Source of the DNA: a virus
Length of the DNA: 64,000 nucleotides
Direction: 5' to 3' (one strand)
Virus record (IMG/VR): IMGVR_UViG_3300032753_000007
Span: 1 to 64,000 of that record
This document shows, one piece after another, positions 10,601 to 20,732 of this stretch. Each line of letters starts with the position of its first letter. Position 1 is the first letter of the stretch. Under the pieces are notes generated by a model that made no database searches, had not been told where the DNA came from, and worked only from the letters and a program-made list of their open reading frames with translations. Made by a program: the position numbers and the translations under genes.

Positions 10601-13600
10601 ACTGGTGTTTTAACAGAGGTTAAATAATCATCTAATATATACATTAGCACATAGACATCGCCAACATTAGGGAATATAGCGTTTTGTCCTGATGCCATGC
10701 TGGCTGCTAATGGATTAGTTAAAGTAACTTTTACAGTATATGGGTCTATTACCGTTAATGTAGAATAGTATTGCATATTGCTACTACTGTCTTTATAAAC
10801 CGTATTAAACGCAGTAGGAATAAAACCTGATGTCATACAGTGATAATTCCCATTACCATCTGGTGTACTATCCATATTTAATCGATGTCCTATGTTATCA
10901 TAGGTCACTGTAATGTATGCTGATGCACTGCCTACTGCTGGTGTATAAATGGCTGATATAATTTTACTAATAGAGCTACTGCCTGCTAAAATAACACCAT
11001 CATAACCAGTACAATTTATGTTACTATATATACCACCTGTACACATGTTATCGCTATACAGTGCTACTGAATTAACGCTATCGTACTGCGTAGCATTAGG
11101 CGAACTACCATTAGTCCATATGTCATTGACTTTACTATAGGGTATGTTTTTAACATGAACAGCTGTAGTAATAGAAGCAGTTGGCTGTGTTGTTGCACTA
11201 CCACCTAGACTAGTAGGCGGATTTATTTGATACCATGGACTTAATACAGAGTTAAAATTAATACGCTCAATAATAGCTTGTGTGCCACCTACACCTACTG
11301 ATCCCCATGCAGTACTTGATGCCATAGCACAAGTAATGCTAGTAGGTCTAGGTGCAGCTAACTGCGTGGCACTCAATTTAAACGTATAGCTATAAGGATC
11401 ACTGATATAAGTAATTACATCGCCATTACTCATTGCAGCATAGCTAGTAGTACTGTTATTTAAACCACCAATAATAAAGTCTGCTACACTGCCAATAAAT
11501 CTGCCATTTAAATAGAGTGCAGGATAATCCCTGTACTTTGCTGCTACAGCCATGTAATTGGTAATGAATGTATTAAAATCAGTTGCCAAATGTCCAGTGG
11601 TAGTGCCTTTAATGAATTTAGCTATAACTGGTGTAGCAATAACGCCTGGAATTGAATAGCTTGTACCAATTACATCAGAGTTATAAGGGCAACTATAATC
11701 ACTATAAGTTATTACATCACCAGCTGCTAAACCACTATTATAATCAGGCATAGCAGTTAAAGTAGTTGCTACGCCATTTTTTGTAATAGTTATATTGCTA
11801 CTGCCATAAACTCTTAAATAAACCTGCTGTAACTTAGTATAGGCTGCTGTATATGTAGCATAAGTATCACTTGTAGAGCCATTGTAATTAAATGTTTTTG
11901 TTTGAACAGAAGTGCCTGTATTTTTAATACCGGTAATATTAACTAAACGTCCTATAATACTGAACTCATGTGGAAATGCTAATGTAACAGTGGCTGTAAC
12001 ATTATCACTGTTTAATGAAACAGAATTAATAGGTGTTGTAGGTCTACCGCGCGTATTACCTGTATAGACCATTGAAAATGGTGCTAATACACTAATGCCA
12101 TTATTAACAGTCCCACTAGATCCTGCTCCTAACCAACCATTACTAAGTGCGTTCCATCCAGGTGAAGCGGGTGCAGGATACATGCCACCAATAATACTAA
12201 GGTCATGACACCTAATCGTAACGTTTCCATCTTCAGGTATAATAGTAATGCCATTAGAGCCAGTAGCACCTACTAATGTAATTGTACTGCTATTTCCATT
12301 ACCAAATAAAGAAAATGATTTAGCTGCACGTATTCTGAGTATATCTATATCTAATTTATTAGCACTAGTATTAGTCAATAATGTAGCGGCATTTATCCAA
12401 AAATTACCATCAGGTACAAATATAGAAGTACCATTATTACCTGAAGAGGCTAATGCTTTTGATAAGTTTTTTGCATTAGTAATAGCAATATCAGATAACT
12501 GCTGAGTAGTTATATTAAATCCACCTGCACCTGTCATAATAGTCCATGTAATTGAACCATCTGTAATAGTAGTAGTGCCGTCAGTTACATTACTAGGCCA
12601 AGTAATGCTATTGCCACTCGTCCAACTACTACCACTAATATAGCCAGTAGTACCATAAGCAGTCACGTTAGCTATCCATAAATAACTACCACCAACAACA
12701 ATACTGTATCGAGTATATGATGTGTTTTTAGTCCAAGATGGATAATTAGCACTGGTTTGATAATTTGTAAGATTAGTTACAATAGACTGAGTACCGCTAT
12801 AATAGCCTGGTGTAATAGCGACTAGCCCATAATCTACTTGTAAATTTTTAGTAGTACTTGATGAAGATGTTGTAGTACTAGTAGTAGTGCTTAGTGAATT
12901 AACAGTTGTTTGTAATGTTGATATTTCTGTACTGATTGTTGCTACAGTACTAGCTACGCCATTAATTGCTTGTGCTAAGGTGACAGGTGTTCCAGTAGCA
13001 ATAGTTGATGTAACCGCAGTTGTTAGATCGGTGGTAGAGCCTGTTGTTGTACTCAATGCATAGCTTGATAAACTAGCTATTGTAGCAAAGCTTTGTAAAT
13101 ACTTACCTAACATTCCAGCACTATAATTCACTAGCGATCCATCTGTATTAGTTAATTTAATACTTTGATTACCTAATCCAGTACTGATCTGACTAGAAAT
13201 AAAAGTACCAATATTAGTTTGCAAGTTATTACTGCTACTTGCAGTCAATGCTGTATTAACAGCAGCGACAGCTTCACTATCAATCAATGCATTAATCTGA
13301 CTAGATAATTCACCCCATGTAGTATAACCTAATGCAGTAGAATTATTTTTAGTATCAATTAATGGAAATTTATCAGTTGATAAATAGGATGACTTATCAC
13401 TACCACTTGTAATTGCACCAGTAACAGATGACGAATTAACTAAATTTGAAAGATCTTCCAAACCAGCAAATGTTATTGACTTATTAGGTAATTTATAAGT
13501 TAAACCACTTTGAGTTGCTATACCAGTAATGTAATTAGTATATAATGTACCACTAACAGAATTAGAAATAGTAATGTCATACCCATTTAAACCAACATAG

Positions 13601-15171
13601 CCATTTGATTGGTTCTTATTAGCTTGATTTTCTGGTGTATAACCAATAGAATGTAATGTAATTACCCAAGTAGCATTACCACTGCCATCAACGCCTGTAC
13701 AAGTAACTGTATCGCCACTACTTACAGTATTACCAGAAATACTACCACCTGTTCCACTAACTATCCATACCATGCCTGATGCTAATGCAACATCACCCAC
13801 TGTATTTGCACTAGTAGGATAACTAACAGCACCATTAACAGTATAAGTACCTTGAATCCTATAAAGACTAGAATTTGCAGCAGTTAGTTGCTGTACTGTT
13901 ACTGCATCAAGACTATTAACACCATTTGCGTGTAATGTCAATGGCCCTGTTAATGTGCCACCATTTGTTGTAAAGGCTGTTTGTCCAGCTGGAATGTAAG
14001 CAGGTATAGTAAGTTTTGCTGTAGCTGAATCATAGGTTGCAGGGCCACTAGTAGCGCTAGTATCTAGTGTAATTGGCGATTGATAATCAGTACCTGCGAC
14101 AGCTTGCTTAATATTGCCATTGCTAGATACACCATACATCAATCCATCTATTGTAGATGCTGCACTAACTGCACCTGTAGTCGATACAGTAACTTCCACA
14201 CCATTAGATGTAGCTGATAATGAATTATAAATATCTGTTTTAATATTACCTATTGTTATATTAGATAATGCATTATCATTACTTACATCAACTAATGGTA
14301 ATAAATCGCTATCACTAATAGATGTAGGCGCATTAGTTGCTACTGTACTAGCCGCAATATCTGTACTGCCCCCTGTAGGTGTATAGCTACTTAATGCAGT
14401 TGTTAATGCCGTTGTTGTTACTAAGTTACTAGTAGCATTAGTTAATTGAGTACTTGTAACATAATTACTCATTGCACTAGAGACAATTGTATTTAAGCTT
14501 TCTGAAATAGTACCCGTACTACTAATGCCTAACACTTGTGTTAAATTAGCAGATAGCTTATTAAAGTCATTACGTTGATTAGCGATTAATGCAGCAATAC
14601 CATCAATACGGCTCTGTAGTGCAACGCCTGCTAATGTTAATGGTCTACTGTTTGTTAAAGCACTCGTAATGTCTTCTAATGCATTGCGTAATGCTTCTAG
14701 GCTTGTTAAATCAGTTAAGATATTATGTTGATGTGCTGCGGGTGGATAAGTAGAGGGTTTATTTTGTACTGCACTCCAACTAACGCCTAAGCTATTATAG
14801 TAAGCGACTTGATTACGTAAATCATTAACTAAGCCATTTACGCCACCTTGAATACCGCCTACGCACTGATACTGTAAATTAATACTACCAGTAATACCAT
14901 CATTAATGAGTGCAATAGCAGCACAGCACTCGCTACCTGTCATTGCTGTAATGACTTCATCAAAGCCTTGATAAGTATAATCAGTATTTAAAACTAAAAC
15001 ACTGTTATCGCTAACACGTGTAACAACTAATGATGTTGTATAGTATAATCCTTGATTAGCAACCACTAAACGAGATGTTGCGTTTGATAAATCGTGTGTT
15101 TCTGCAATAATTAAATTGCTTCTACTATGACCAGTGCGATCATAGGTATAACTAGGTGTAACAGTAGCCAT
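7672..15171 (-). CDS. Giant (~2500 aa) multidomain tail fibre/adhesin with phiKZ-type N-terminal anchor domain
   Basis: Likely start is ATG 15171 (MATVTPSY, AGGA RBS) rather than 15240. N-terminus 'YDRTGHSRSNLIIAETHDL...NKPSTYPPAAHQH'; beta-helix-like and carbohydrate-binding-like segments follow. Confidence 0.75.
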   Translation of the reverse strand: MATVTPSYTYDRTGHSRSNLIIAETHDLSNATSRLVVANQGLYYTTSLVVTRVSDNSVLVLNTDYTYQGFDEVITAMTGSECCAAIALINDGITGSINLQYQCVGGIQGGVNGLVNDLRNQVAYYNSLGVSWSAVQNKPSTYPPAAHQHNILTDLTSLEALRNALEDITSALTNSRPLTLAGVALQSRIDGIAALIANQRNDFNKLSANLTQVLGISSTGTISESLNTIVSSAMSNYVTSTQLTNATSNLVTTTALTTALSSYTPTGGSTDIAASTVATNAPTSISDSDLLPLVDVSNDNALSNITIGNIKTDIYNSLSATSNGVEVTVSTTGAVSAASTIDGLMYGVSSNGNIKQAVAGTDYQSPITLDTSATSGPATYDSATAKLTIPAYIPAGQTAFTTNGGTLTGPLTLHANGVNSLDAVTVQQLTAANSSLYRIQGTYTVNGAVSYPTSANTVGDVALASGMVWIVSGTGGSISGNTVSSGDTVTCTGVDGSGNATWVITLHSIGYTPENQANKNQSNGYVGLNGYDITISNSVSGTLYTNYITGIATQSGLTYKLPNKSITFAGLEDLSNLVNSSSVTGAITSGSDKSSYLSTDKFPLIDTKNNSTALGYTTWGELSSQINALIDSEAVAAVNTALTASSSNNLQTNIGTFISSQISTGLGNQSIKLTNTDGSLVNYSAGMLGKYLQSFATIASLSSYALSTTTGSTTDLTTAVTSTIATGTPVTLAQAINGVASTVATISTEISTLQTTVNSLSTTTSTTTSSSSTTKNLQVDYGLVAITPGYYSGTQSIVTNLTNYQTSANYPSWTKNTSYTRYSIVVGGSYLWIANVTAYGTTGYISGSSWTSGNSITWPSNVTDGTTTITDGSITWTIMTGAGGFNITTQQLSDIAITNAKNLSKALASSGNNGTSIFVPDGNFWINAATLLTNTSANKLDIDILRIRAAKSFSLFGNGNSSTITLVGATGSNGITIIPEDGNVTIRCHDLSIIGGMYPAPASPGWNALSNGWLGAGSSGTVNNGISVLAPFSMVYTGNTRGRPTTPINSVSLNSDNVTATVTLAFPHEFSIIGRLVNITGIKNTGTSVQTKTFNYNGSTSDTYATYTAAYTKLQQVYLRVYGSSNITITKNGVATTLTAMPDYNSGLAAGDVITYSDYSCPYNSDVIGTSYSIPGVIATPVIAKFIKGTTTGHLATDFNTFITNYMAVAAKYRDYPALYLNGRFIGSVADFIIGGLNNSTTSYAAMSNGDVITYISDPYSYTFKLSATQLAAPRPTSITCAMASSTAWGSVGVGGTQAIIERINFNSVLSPWYQINPPTSLGGSATTQPTASITTAVHVKNIPYSKVNDIWTNGSSPNATQYDSVNSVALYSDNMCTGGIYSNINCTGYDGVILAGSSSISKIISAIYTPAVGSASAYITVTYDNIGHRLNMDSTPDGNGNYHCMTSGFIPTAFNTVYKDSSSNMQYYSTLTVIDPYTVKVTLTNPLAASMASGQNAIFPNVGDVYVLMYILDDYLTSVKTPVKQWIALGTLYSEYSEGLAIANVVGAGSNYGIVVNYQTGSDSINISNCNINTNINSLYITWMSGGWISNSIFWKEPGSSNSFNGIYIAGGGLMTLSHVSASGNSASNAYDAGVCYGEWSSRVRLLSDTDLTASNYLTVTDVNNRNYSGVGANIINDITTNQLDVDMLIITPTDIKDIVYDGTLYTTAAGTIVYAASTANNTLHGLNTSITKPYHVAMVSPLSESNVITSNAKYRFDTLTLNNKNLQIPAVAPSSIKQYSVIAWDTSNDTRSPYVNRYTHFINDGSMAYTAPVSNTIALGSLVVGVNYTINSLNSGTGSVTQAQWNTIAGTSGVTYAANSTFTAATNGTLSGITAKPSICTTLILTNYMGIFSYAINTYPSTGGSGTSGAINKGDFWLVNVVTSTTNTWNIYNALVNNPGQSAANWAIVVSGYMTVNCGTNHNLSSGQYVTVSNASNSSGVSIGNGTYPVWVTSGTSFTYLYNYVGSNIADCSVNNSSIILSAAIKSMSSVTAGNTSTVTVTLKDNTFVDTISAATLTTYSGSGFTWTGSTTNTLPTNGGSGYVDGSHKGITLTSTSGTVTADLLVYDKQVTRVYVANANTIVSGALYSIQTATDVPAASSILTITTNNGYNNPNTSVILSDTGNATFNGTYTATWISATAFSITFPSSVTTKPSSALTATITTPYPLSTATTTSGSYNISNVRLSGFTGTNITLNSIGLLANGVVLATLVNANTFTFTSNAAINISADDATLGYISQPTVFCINDSYSGEYNFGASVAWSPDLTSGQSTGNRRLAIVQTRSSAKTIIAESMVPAMNNTTTLQGGTMTWLGTAADASAYNALYNSYHNATLYPNCSVTFYSNIGGTISTISSPATSYAGISTKPAAGAIYYYNVSTYSDITVQTVNSQPITVLPGDIFELYVYHDSTNALDIVIDGGSTAIAFTSDGSTTTTETIGNTSAAVTRKSTYFTITPSFTG

Positions 15172-15261
15172 AGTGAGTAATCCTATATGCAAACAAAAAA
15201 TACAGTAATTTCTGTAATAAATAAAGCTTTTTACATACAATCATATACATATTTTTATTAC

Positions 15262-15297
15262 TTCTACTTCTACTAGGTATTCCTAGTAGAAGTAGAA
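15262..15297. terminator. 16-bp perfect inverted repeat
   Basis: ttctacttctactagg-tatt-cctagtagaagtagaa. Confidence 0.7.
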
Positions 15298-15312
15298 AAA
15301 GATATATTTAAA

Positions 15313-18300
15313 TTATTTACCTATTGCAATCCAGCCATAGTTAGTAGCTTCATAGACTTGACAATAACCACCACCCCAATCGGTATTAGAAGTAACAGTG
15401 CCTGTTGATAATGTACTGCCAGTAAGATATGTTGCACCTGCGTTACCAGCTACAAATACGCTGCCATTGGTCGGTGTAGTACTAACCGTACCTACTGTTC
15501 CATTATTAGCAGCAGGAGTAACAAACTTACCATTAGCAGAAACCGCTTGCCATTGAGCTGTCGTATTATTTCCAATATTACTAATTGTATAACTGTTGCC
15601 TGGTACTAGATTACCTAATGTTAATGATGTATTATTACTGCCTAATACAGTTAATGATGGTATAAACGCATACGCTGCAAACTGTTGTAAATTAGTTAAT
15701 GTAGGTTGCGCAGTATAGTTATTAATAGGATAATATTGAGGCACTATCATGCCAGCGCTATTACCAGGATTACAACCAGGCCATACATTACTTGAATTAA
15801 AGCCAAATGTCATGCCAGTAATGCGCGATCCTGGACCTTGATCTGAAGGTATTAACGTATATATAGCAGTTGTAAAAGGTATAGGAAACGTAATGGTATC
15901 GCCCATACCAGTAGGCAATAGCATACTGCCACCTTGTATTAAAAAACCACCTAACCAACTAGGCAATTGTAGATACCAATTTCCATAATTAAAACTAGTA
16001 GTGACTTTCCAAGCATTACCAGTAGTACCTGTTGCACCAGTTGGATGAGTAGCAGTTGCTTGAAACATATCGCCTACTGCAACAGTCGTAGCAGTATTTG
16101 GATAGCCTACTGATTGCCATTGTGCTAATGTAGTAGTACCTACGCTATTAATAGTATAATAGTTATTTACTACTAAAGAGTTAACACTGACTGTAGCTGA
16201 GTTATCATATACCCATGGATTTGTGTGAGTTTCTGACCCTGTAATATAGCCAAATCTAATGCCCCATGTTAATGCGACTGGCGTTACAATACTTGTATTA
16301 TCTGTTAAATCAGTAGTGCCTGTTAAAGCGCTTAATATTGACGCTGTTGCTGTTTTAGCAATACCCATAATGGTAGAGGTAGCCTGTGCAATTGCACCTA
16401 ATGCAGAGGTAGCATTGGGCGTATTAGGTGTACCTCTTGTACCAGGAAAGAATGTAGGGCTATTGCCAGGTACAGTAATAATTGCACTGGTATTTGCAAT
16501 ATAATTATAGCCTGTTACAGTGCCATTACTGCCACCCACATTAATAGTGCCACCAAGAGCAATGATATTTGCATTGGTATCCGCATAGGCAAATGCGTGA
16601 CAAATGAAATTAAATGAAGGCTTAATAGTTATTGTAGGTGTTTCGATCGTAATATTACCTGATTGTAGACTTCTTAAATGTTGTCCTGCATGGCCTGCAA
16701 TGATAATGCCAGTACCATTATAAGCTACATTACCGTCTTGTAATGCTGCAATGTGTGCACCATTAGGAATAAATGTAGCAGTTGATCCACCTGTACTAAA
16801 GGTAACACCTGACATTACTGAATTACTAGGTACTGTAAAATATTGACCAATATAAGGAGAAGCTGAAGTACCTGTACAAGTAAGCCATTGTGCTGTAGTA
16901 TACCCAGAACCTAAACTAGTAATAATGTAACTATTACCTGCTACTAAATTAACCATGTTAATAGTAGGACCCATTTGACCAAACGTAACATTATTTCCAA
17001 TGGTTACTTGACCACCTTGTCTTGCACGAATAGCAGTAGGGTTATTCAATGTAGCATTATCTTGAAGATAAATGTTTTGATAAGTAACTGCATTAATACT
17101 AATATTTGATGAGCCATTTAAAATAACATTATTTACATTATTAGGTGCTGTAAATGTGTAGTTACTGCCTGAAGCAGTAGCACTATTATAACCTTGAATA
17201 ATAATATTAGTTTGACTAGGTGCACTAAGAATATCACAGTTAGTATACGTATTAGGTGTAGATGTACCTTCTAATAAACTAATGTAAATACTTACACTAG
17301 TAGCAGGCGTAGTCACTGGATAATAGTATTGAATTAATTCAATAGCTTTTGCAAAGCTAGCTACAGGTGATGTAGGCGTAGTACCCGTATTACTATCGCT
17401 GCCTAATGGAGAAACAAATATATAAATATTGCTTGTTACCATTTGCATGTAATTTACATAGTATGGCTGATAGCATATGTAATGAGGCATAGATACAGTG
17501 CCTGATACAGTATTTGCTAAATTAGGTACATTAAATTGACCTGTACCAGCAGTAGTATAATACGTATTTCCTATTTTATTATAAAGCAGTGAATAGGTTG
17601 TTTGTGATACCGCTGAGCCATCACATGGAATCCAATTTGAAGATATTGTAGATAGGCTACCGCTATCTATTTCAGATATTAGCTTAATATCACCTACTGA
17701 TGCAATAGTAGGTGCAATTTGCAATGAGGTTAAACCAACCCCTTGTGTTAAGTTATTAATATCGGCTTGTAAAGAGTTTACTGTTGATTGTAATCCAGTT
17801 ACTTCAGAATTGAGTGTTGATATATTAGTATCTAATGTTTGTTTATAGCCATTAGGGGCTTGTAATGCTAATGCAATGCTATTTAAATTACCCGATAGTA
17901 TATTTACAGTATCTGTATTTGTTAAACTGTAATTACTGCCTACTTGGCCTAATGTAGCTAATTCACCTGTAAATGTTTGCCAGGTTTCTAAATTAGTTTT
18001 ATCAAATGTGCCTGCAGCTACTATTTGATTAATTAATACTGTATCAGGATCACCACCGACTGCTTGATAGTTTAATGTAATGCTTGTCCAGTTAGTATAG
18101 TTAATTAATAAAATATAAGAATAAACTTCTTTACCTGTATCTGCAGAACGGGTTGCAAATAATGGACTCATTACATAATCGGTAAACTCTACTAATGCAG
18201 TAGGCCCTGATGTTGAGCCTACTGCAATACCAGTAACAGATAAACCGAGTTTATAAAAAGGAGTAGATGCAGAGCTACCATCACTGCTATTAGTAACGAG

Positions 18301-18399
18301 TTGTGAAGGCCAAATATCGGGCTCTGTAATAGGGCTGTGTATTTCATTAGTAATGGAATTACTAGCTAGTAACCCACTAGGGTCATAAACGAGTGTCAT
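15313..18399 (-). CDS. Tail fibre protein with phage tail-collar domain and gp53-like C-terminal domain
   Basis: 'WIPCDGSAVSQTTYSLLYNKIGNTY...FNVPNL' matches the collar domain; 'YLQLPSWLGGFLIQGG...ITFPIPF...WIAIGK' is a common fibre C-terminal domain. Confidence 0.8.
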   Translation of the reverse strand: MTLVYDPSGLLASNSITNEIHSPITEPDIWPSQLVTNSSDGSSASTPFYKLGLSVTGIAVGSTSGPTALVEFTDYVMSPLFATRSADTGKEVYSYILLINYTNWTSITLNYQAVGGDPDTVLINQIVAAGTFDKTNLETWQTFTGELATLGQVGSNYSLTNTDTVNILSGNLNSIALALQAPNGYKQTLDTNISTLNSEVTGLQSTVNSLQADINNLTQGVGLTSLQIAPTIASVGDIKLISEIDSGSLSTISSNWIPCDGSAVSQTTYSLLYNKIGNTYYTTAGTGQFNVPNLANTVSGTVSMPHYICYQPYYVNYMQMVTSNIYIFVSPLGSDSNTGTTPTSPVASFAKAIELIQYYYPVTTPATSVSIYISLLEGTSTPNTYTNCDILSAPSQTNIIIQGYNSATASGSNYTFTAPNNVNNVILNGSSNISINAVTYQNIYLQDNATLNNPTAIRARQGGQVTIGNNVTFGQMGPTINMVNLVAGNSYIITSLGSGYTTAQWLTCTGTSASPYIGQYFTVPSNSVMSGVTFSTGGSTATFIPNGAHIAALQDGNVAYNGTGIIIAGHAGQHLRSLQSGNITIETPTITIKPSFNFICHAFAYADTNANIIALGGTINVGGSNGTVTGYNYIANTSAIITVPGNSPTFFPGTRGTPNTPNATSALGAIAQATSTIMGIAKTATASILSALTGTTDLTDNTSIVTPVALTWGIRFGYITGSETHTNPWVYDNSATVSVNSLVVNNYYTINSVGTTTLAQWQSVGYPNTATTVAVGDMFQATATHPTGATGTTGNAWKVTTSFNYGNWYLQLPSWLGGFLIQGGSMLLPTGMGDTITFPIPFTTAIYTLIPSDQGPGSRITGMTFGFNSSNVWPGCNPGNSAGMIVPQYYPINNYTAQPTLTNLQQFAAYAFIPSLTVLGSNNTSLTLGNLVPGNSYTISNIGNNTTAQWQAVSANGKFVTPAANNGTVGTVSTTPTNGSVFVAGNAGATYLTGSTLSTGTVTSNTDWGGGYCQVYEATNYGWIAIGK

Positions 18400-19418
18400 G
18401 CGGTTAATCCTATGGCAAAGTATGTAATCAATCGACGAGGGTTAGTGCCTACAGGTGGCACTGCTAAATTAGTAACGGTAGGGGTATGGTATTGAATAGT
18501 ACAGCTTACTTTTGTAGGCGTAGGTACACCAAAGAATATTTGATCTTGTGTAGGTGGATCATAGCTATTTGATGAAGTAACGTTACCAATTGCAAACAAT
18601 GGCCTGCCTGACATAGGCGGATCAGTAAAAAACAATTCAGTAGGCTCTTTACCTATTTCATATTCATAGCGACCTGTTTTAAATACAAAGTTACCAAAAT
18701 AAGGAATATTATAATGTTTATCAGTAGTACTAATATTCGATAAACTCATTTGTGGTTGTAAAAAAGATAACAATGATGCAATAGCTGTATCACTGTTATT
18801 ATTAATTATACCGATAGCACCCATTAAATTAGCAATAGGATTAACAGTCGCTTTTAAATTAGCAAAAGCAATATCAAATACATCATCAAACATAATGCCA
18901 CTAGGTCGTTTAGTAACAGCTGCAGCAATATCATAAAGTGCTTGATATATTTGTGTCATGCCAACGATACCCGATAACTCATGCTTATGTGGTATCGATG
19001 GGAATGTGGTCGGTGCAGTACTCCAATCAACATTAACATATTGATTTAATCCACCACAAATACCAGACTGAATAGTATTTAATGGTGTCGTTACATATTC
19101 GCCACCAATTGTTCTATAGACTAATCTATAATTACCAATTAAATAACCATTTTTTATTGTAATGCTCCCATATACATCTTTACCAATATTAGTGCTAGCT
19201 TCAGTCCAATAATGTGATAAAACATAATCGCTATTTACATTAAGTGGCACGCCCGTTGTGTCAATAACAACCATGCTATCGCCATAAAATGGCGTAGCAT
19301 CAGGTATAATAAGATATGCGTTTATTCCATTAGCTGTATTAATTGTAACTACTTCATTATTAATGTAGTTAGAAGAAAATGTACCAGTAGGATCATACGG
19401 ATAAGCAATCGCTGTCAT
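18396..19418 (-). CDS. phiKZ-like virion/tail fibre anchor protein
   Basis: 'YPYDPTGTFSSNYINNE...IIPDATPFY...YRTIGGEY...FPSIPHKH' is paralogous to the N-termini of the two downstream fibres. Confidence 0.7.
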   Translation of the reverse strand: MTAIAYPYDPTGTFSSNYINNEVVTINTANGINAYLIIPDATPFYGDSMVVIDTTGVPLNVNSDYVLSHYWTEASTNIGKDVYGSITIKNGYLIGNYRLVYRTIGGEYVTTPLNTIQSGICGGLNQYVNVDWSTAPTTFPSIPHKHELSGIVGMTQIYQALYDIAAAVTKRPSGIMFDDVFDIAFANLKATVNPIANLMGAIGIINNNSDTAIASLLSFLQPQMSLSNISTTDKHYNIPYFGNFVFKTGRYEYEIGKEPTELFFTDPPMSGRPLFAIGNVTSSNSYDPPTQDQIFFGVPTPTKVSCTIQYHTPTVTNLAVPPVGTNPRRLITYFAIGLTA

Positions 19419-19487
19419 GTTGTGTCCTTATTAATTATAATTTCATATGATATGTGCTTTATAACCGTTTTATAAATAGGATTAATT

Positions 19488-20696
19488 ATGCTAACCATCA
19501 CCTCTATTTTAGCTAAAAATTATCCATCTTGGATAAATTTACCTGATACCACTTTAGTTAATACATTGCTTAATCAATACACTAGTGTATTGATTGATAT
19601 ATCAGATAGTACAAATACACCATTAGGACAATTTAATATAAGAAACCTAATAGGAATTAATGATGTGCCAAATACAGTAACAATCAGTAACTTTATTGCT
19701 AATTATAGCTATATTTTAATAAACGAAATAACTACACCAAAATCATTGTTAAATAAAAAAAGAATACTCTGTATGCAGCCTTGGTGGAAGAATGTAAATA
19801 TAGATGCAGGTAATATGCGTTTACAAGCTGTTAATGTATCAGGTAATAATGATGATGTAGTTGTACATTTTAATCAGCCTAATACTTTAACAATGAATGA
19901 TTATCATAATTACTTTTTAATGACTATTAATGGATTAATTTTCTTTGAAACTATTTTAGGTAATTATGCTTATTTACCTAATGGCATGAAATACGTTTGT
20001 AAAGAAGAATTACAAGGTTTTTCTTTATTAGATTTTTCAGCAGTGTCACCTATTACTAAAACAGTTATTGAAAGTAACCATATTACAATTAGCCATAAAA
20101 CAGTAGTAGGCTGTACAGTAACATTAACAATGCCTACAGCATTTACTAGTACTGCATTCTTTTTAGTTTTAAATGGTAGATTAAAGTATGCAAAAAGTGA
20201 TACGTATATTATTAATAGCAATAGTATTTCGTTTCCACTTTTATACAGTGAAATGAGTAAAGAAGCAACAGGCATTGATAGTTTAGATAGGGGTTGGATT
20301 CCTGCTGCTGATGGTTATGGTAAAGGGTATAACTGTTCAGCAATCAATGTTATTAACTATTTAACAAACGGTATGACAGGCATTATTAGTTTATCTGTTA
20401 AAGATTTGTGCTATGATTTATTACCTTGTTTACGTACTGATTTAAAAGGTACTTATAGATTGCCATATGGCATAGCGACTAATGGATTTTTAGTTTTATC
20501 AGATGGGCGATTAGCAGAATACAATGCAGTGCAAAAAACAGGTTATGGTACAGTACTCAATACAACGAATACTAAATACAATAGAGCAGCTACACGTACA
20601 CAGCCTATAAATAAAATAAAAGTTGACTTATTAGCAAATTACGATTATAAATCAGATTACACAATGGGCAGGTATATTGACTTTTATGTTTTATAA
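19488..20696 (+). CDS. Hypothetical protein, probable virion structural protein
   Basis: 402-aa ORF with AGGA RBS, divergent from the tail cluster; function inferred from context only. Confidence 0.5.
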   Translation: MLTITSILAKNYPSWINLPDTTLVNTLLNQYTSVLIDISDSTNTPLGQFNIRNLIGINDVPNTVTISNFIANYSYILINEITTPKSLLNKKRILCMQPWWKNVNIDAGNMRLQAVNVSGNNDDVVVHFNQPNTLTMNDYHNYFLMTINGLIFFETILGNYAYLPNGMKYVCKEELQGFSLLDFSAVSPITKTVIESNHITISHKTVVGCTVTLTMPTAFTSTAFFLVLNGRLKYAKSDTYIINSNSISFPLLYSEMSKEATGIDSLDRGWIPAADGYGKGYNCSAINVINYLTNGMTGIISLSVKDLCYDLLPCLRTDLKGTYRLPYGIATNGFLVLSDGRLAEYNAVQKTGYGTVLNTTNTKYNRAATRTQPINKIKVDLLANYDYKSDYTMGRYIDFYVL

Positions 20697-20732
20697 CCTA
20701 TTATTATTGTGTGTAATCTTTAAGGAATTAAA

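Noticed and set aside
15172-15240. ORF-track starts at 15240, 22072, 40798, 41105 and 45188
   Set aside because: The downstream ATGs have better RBSs or gene coupling; the extensions overlap terminators, intergenic DNA or other genes.
4316-16504. Plus-strand ORFs 4316, 12248 and 16259
   Set aside because: Antisense shadows of Thr/Ser-rich tail genes with no RBS.
1-19418. Diversity-generating retroelement acting on tail fibres
   Set aside because: No reverse transcriptase and no near-identical TR/VR pair seen in the window.
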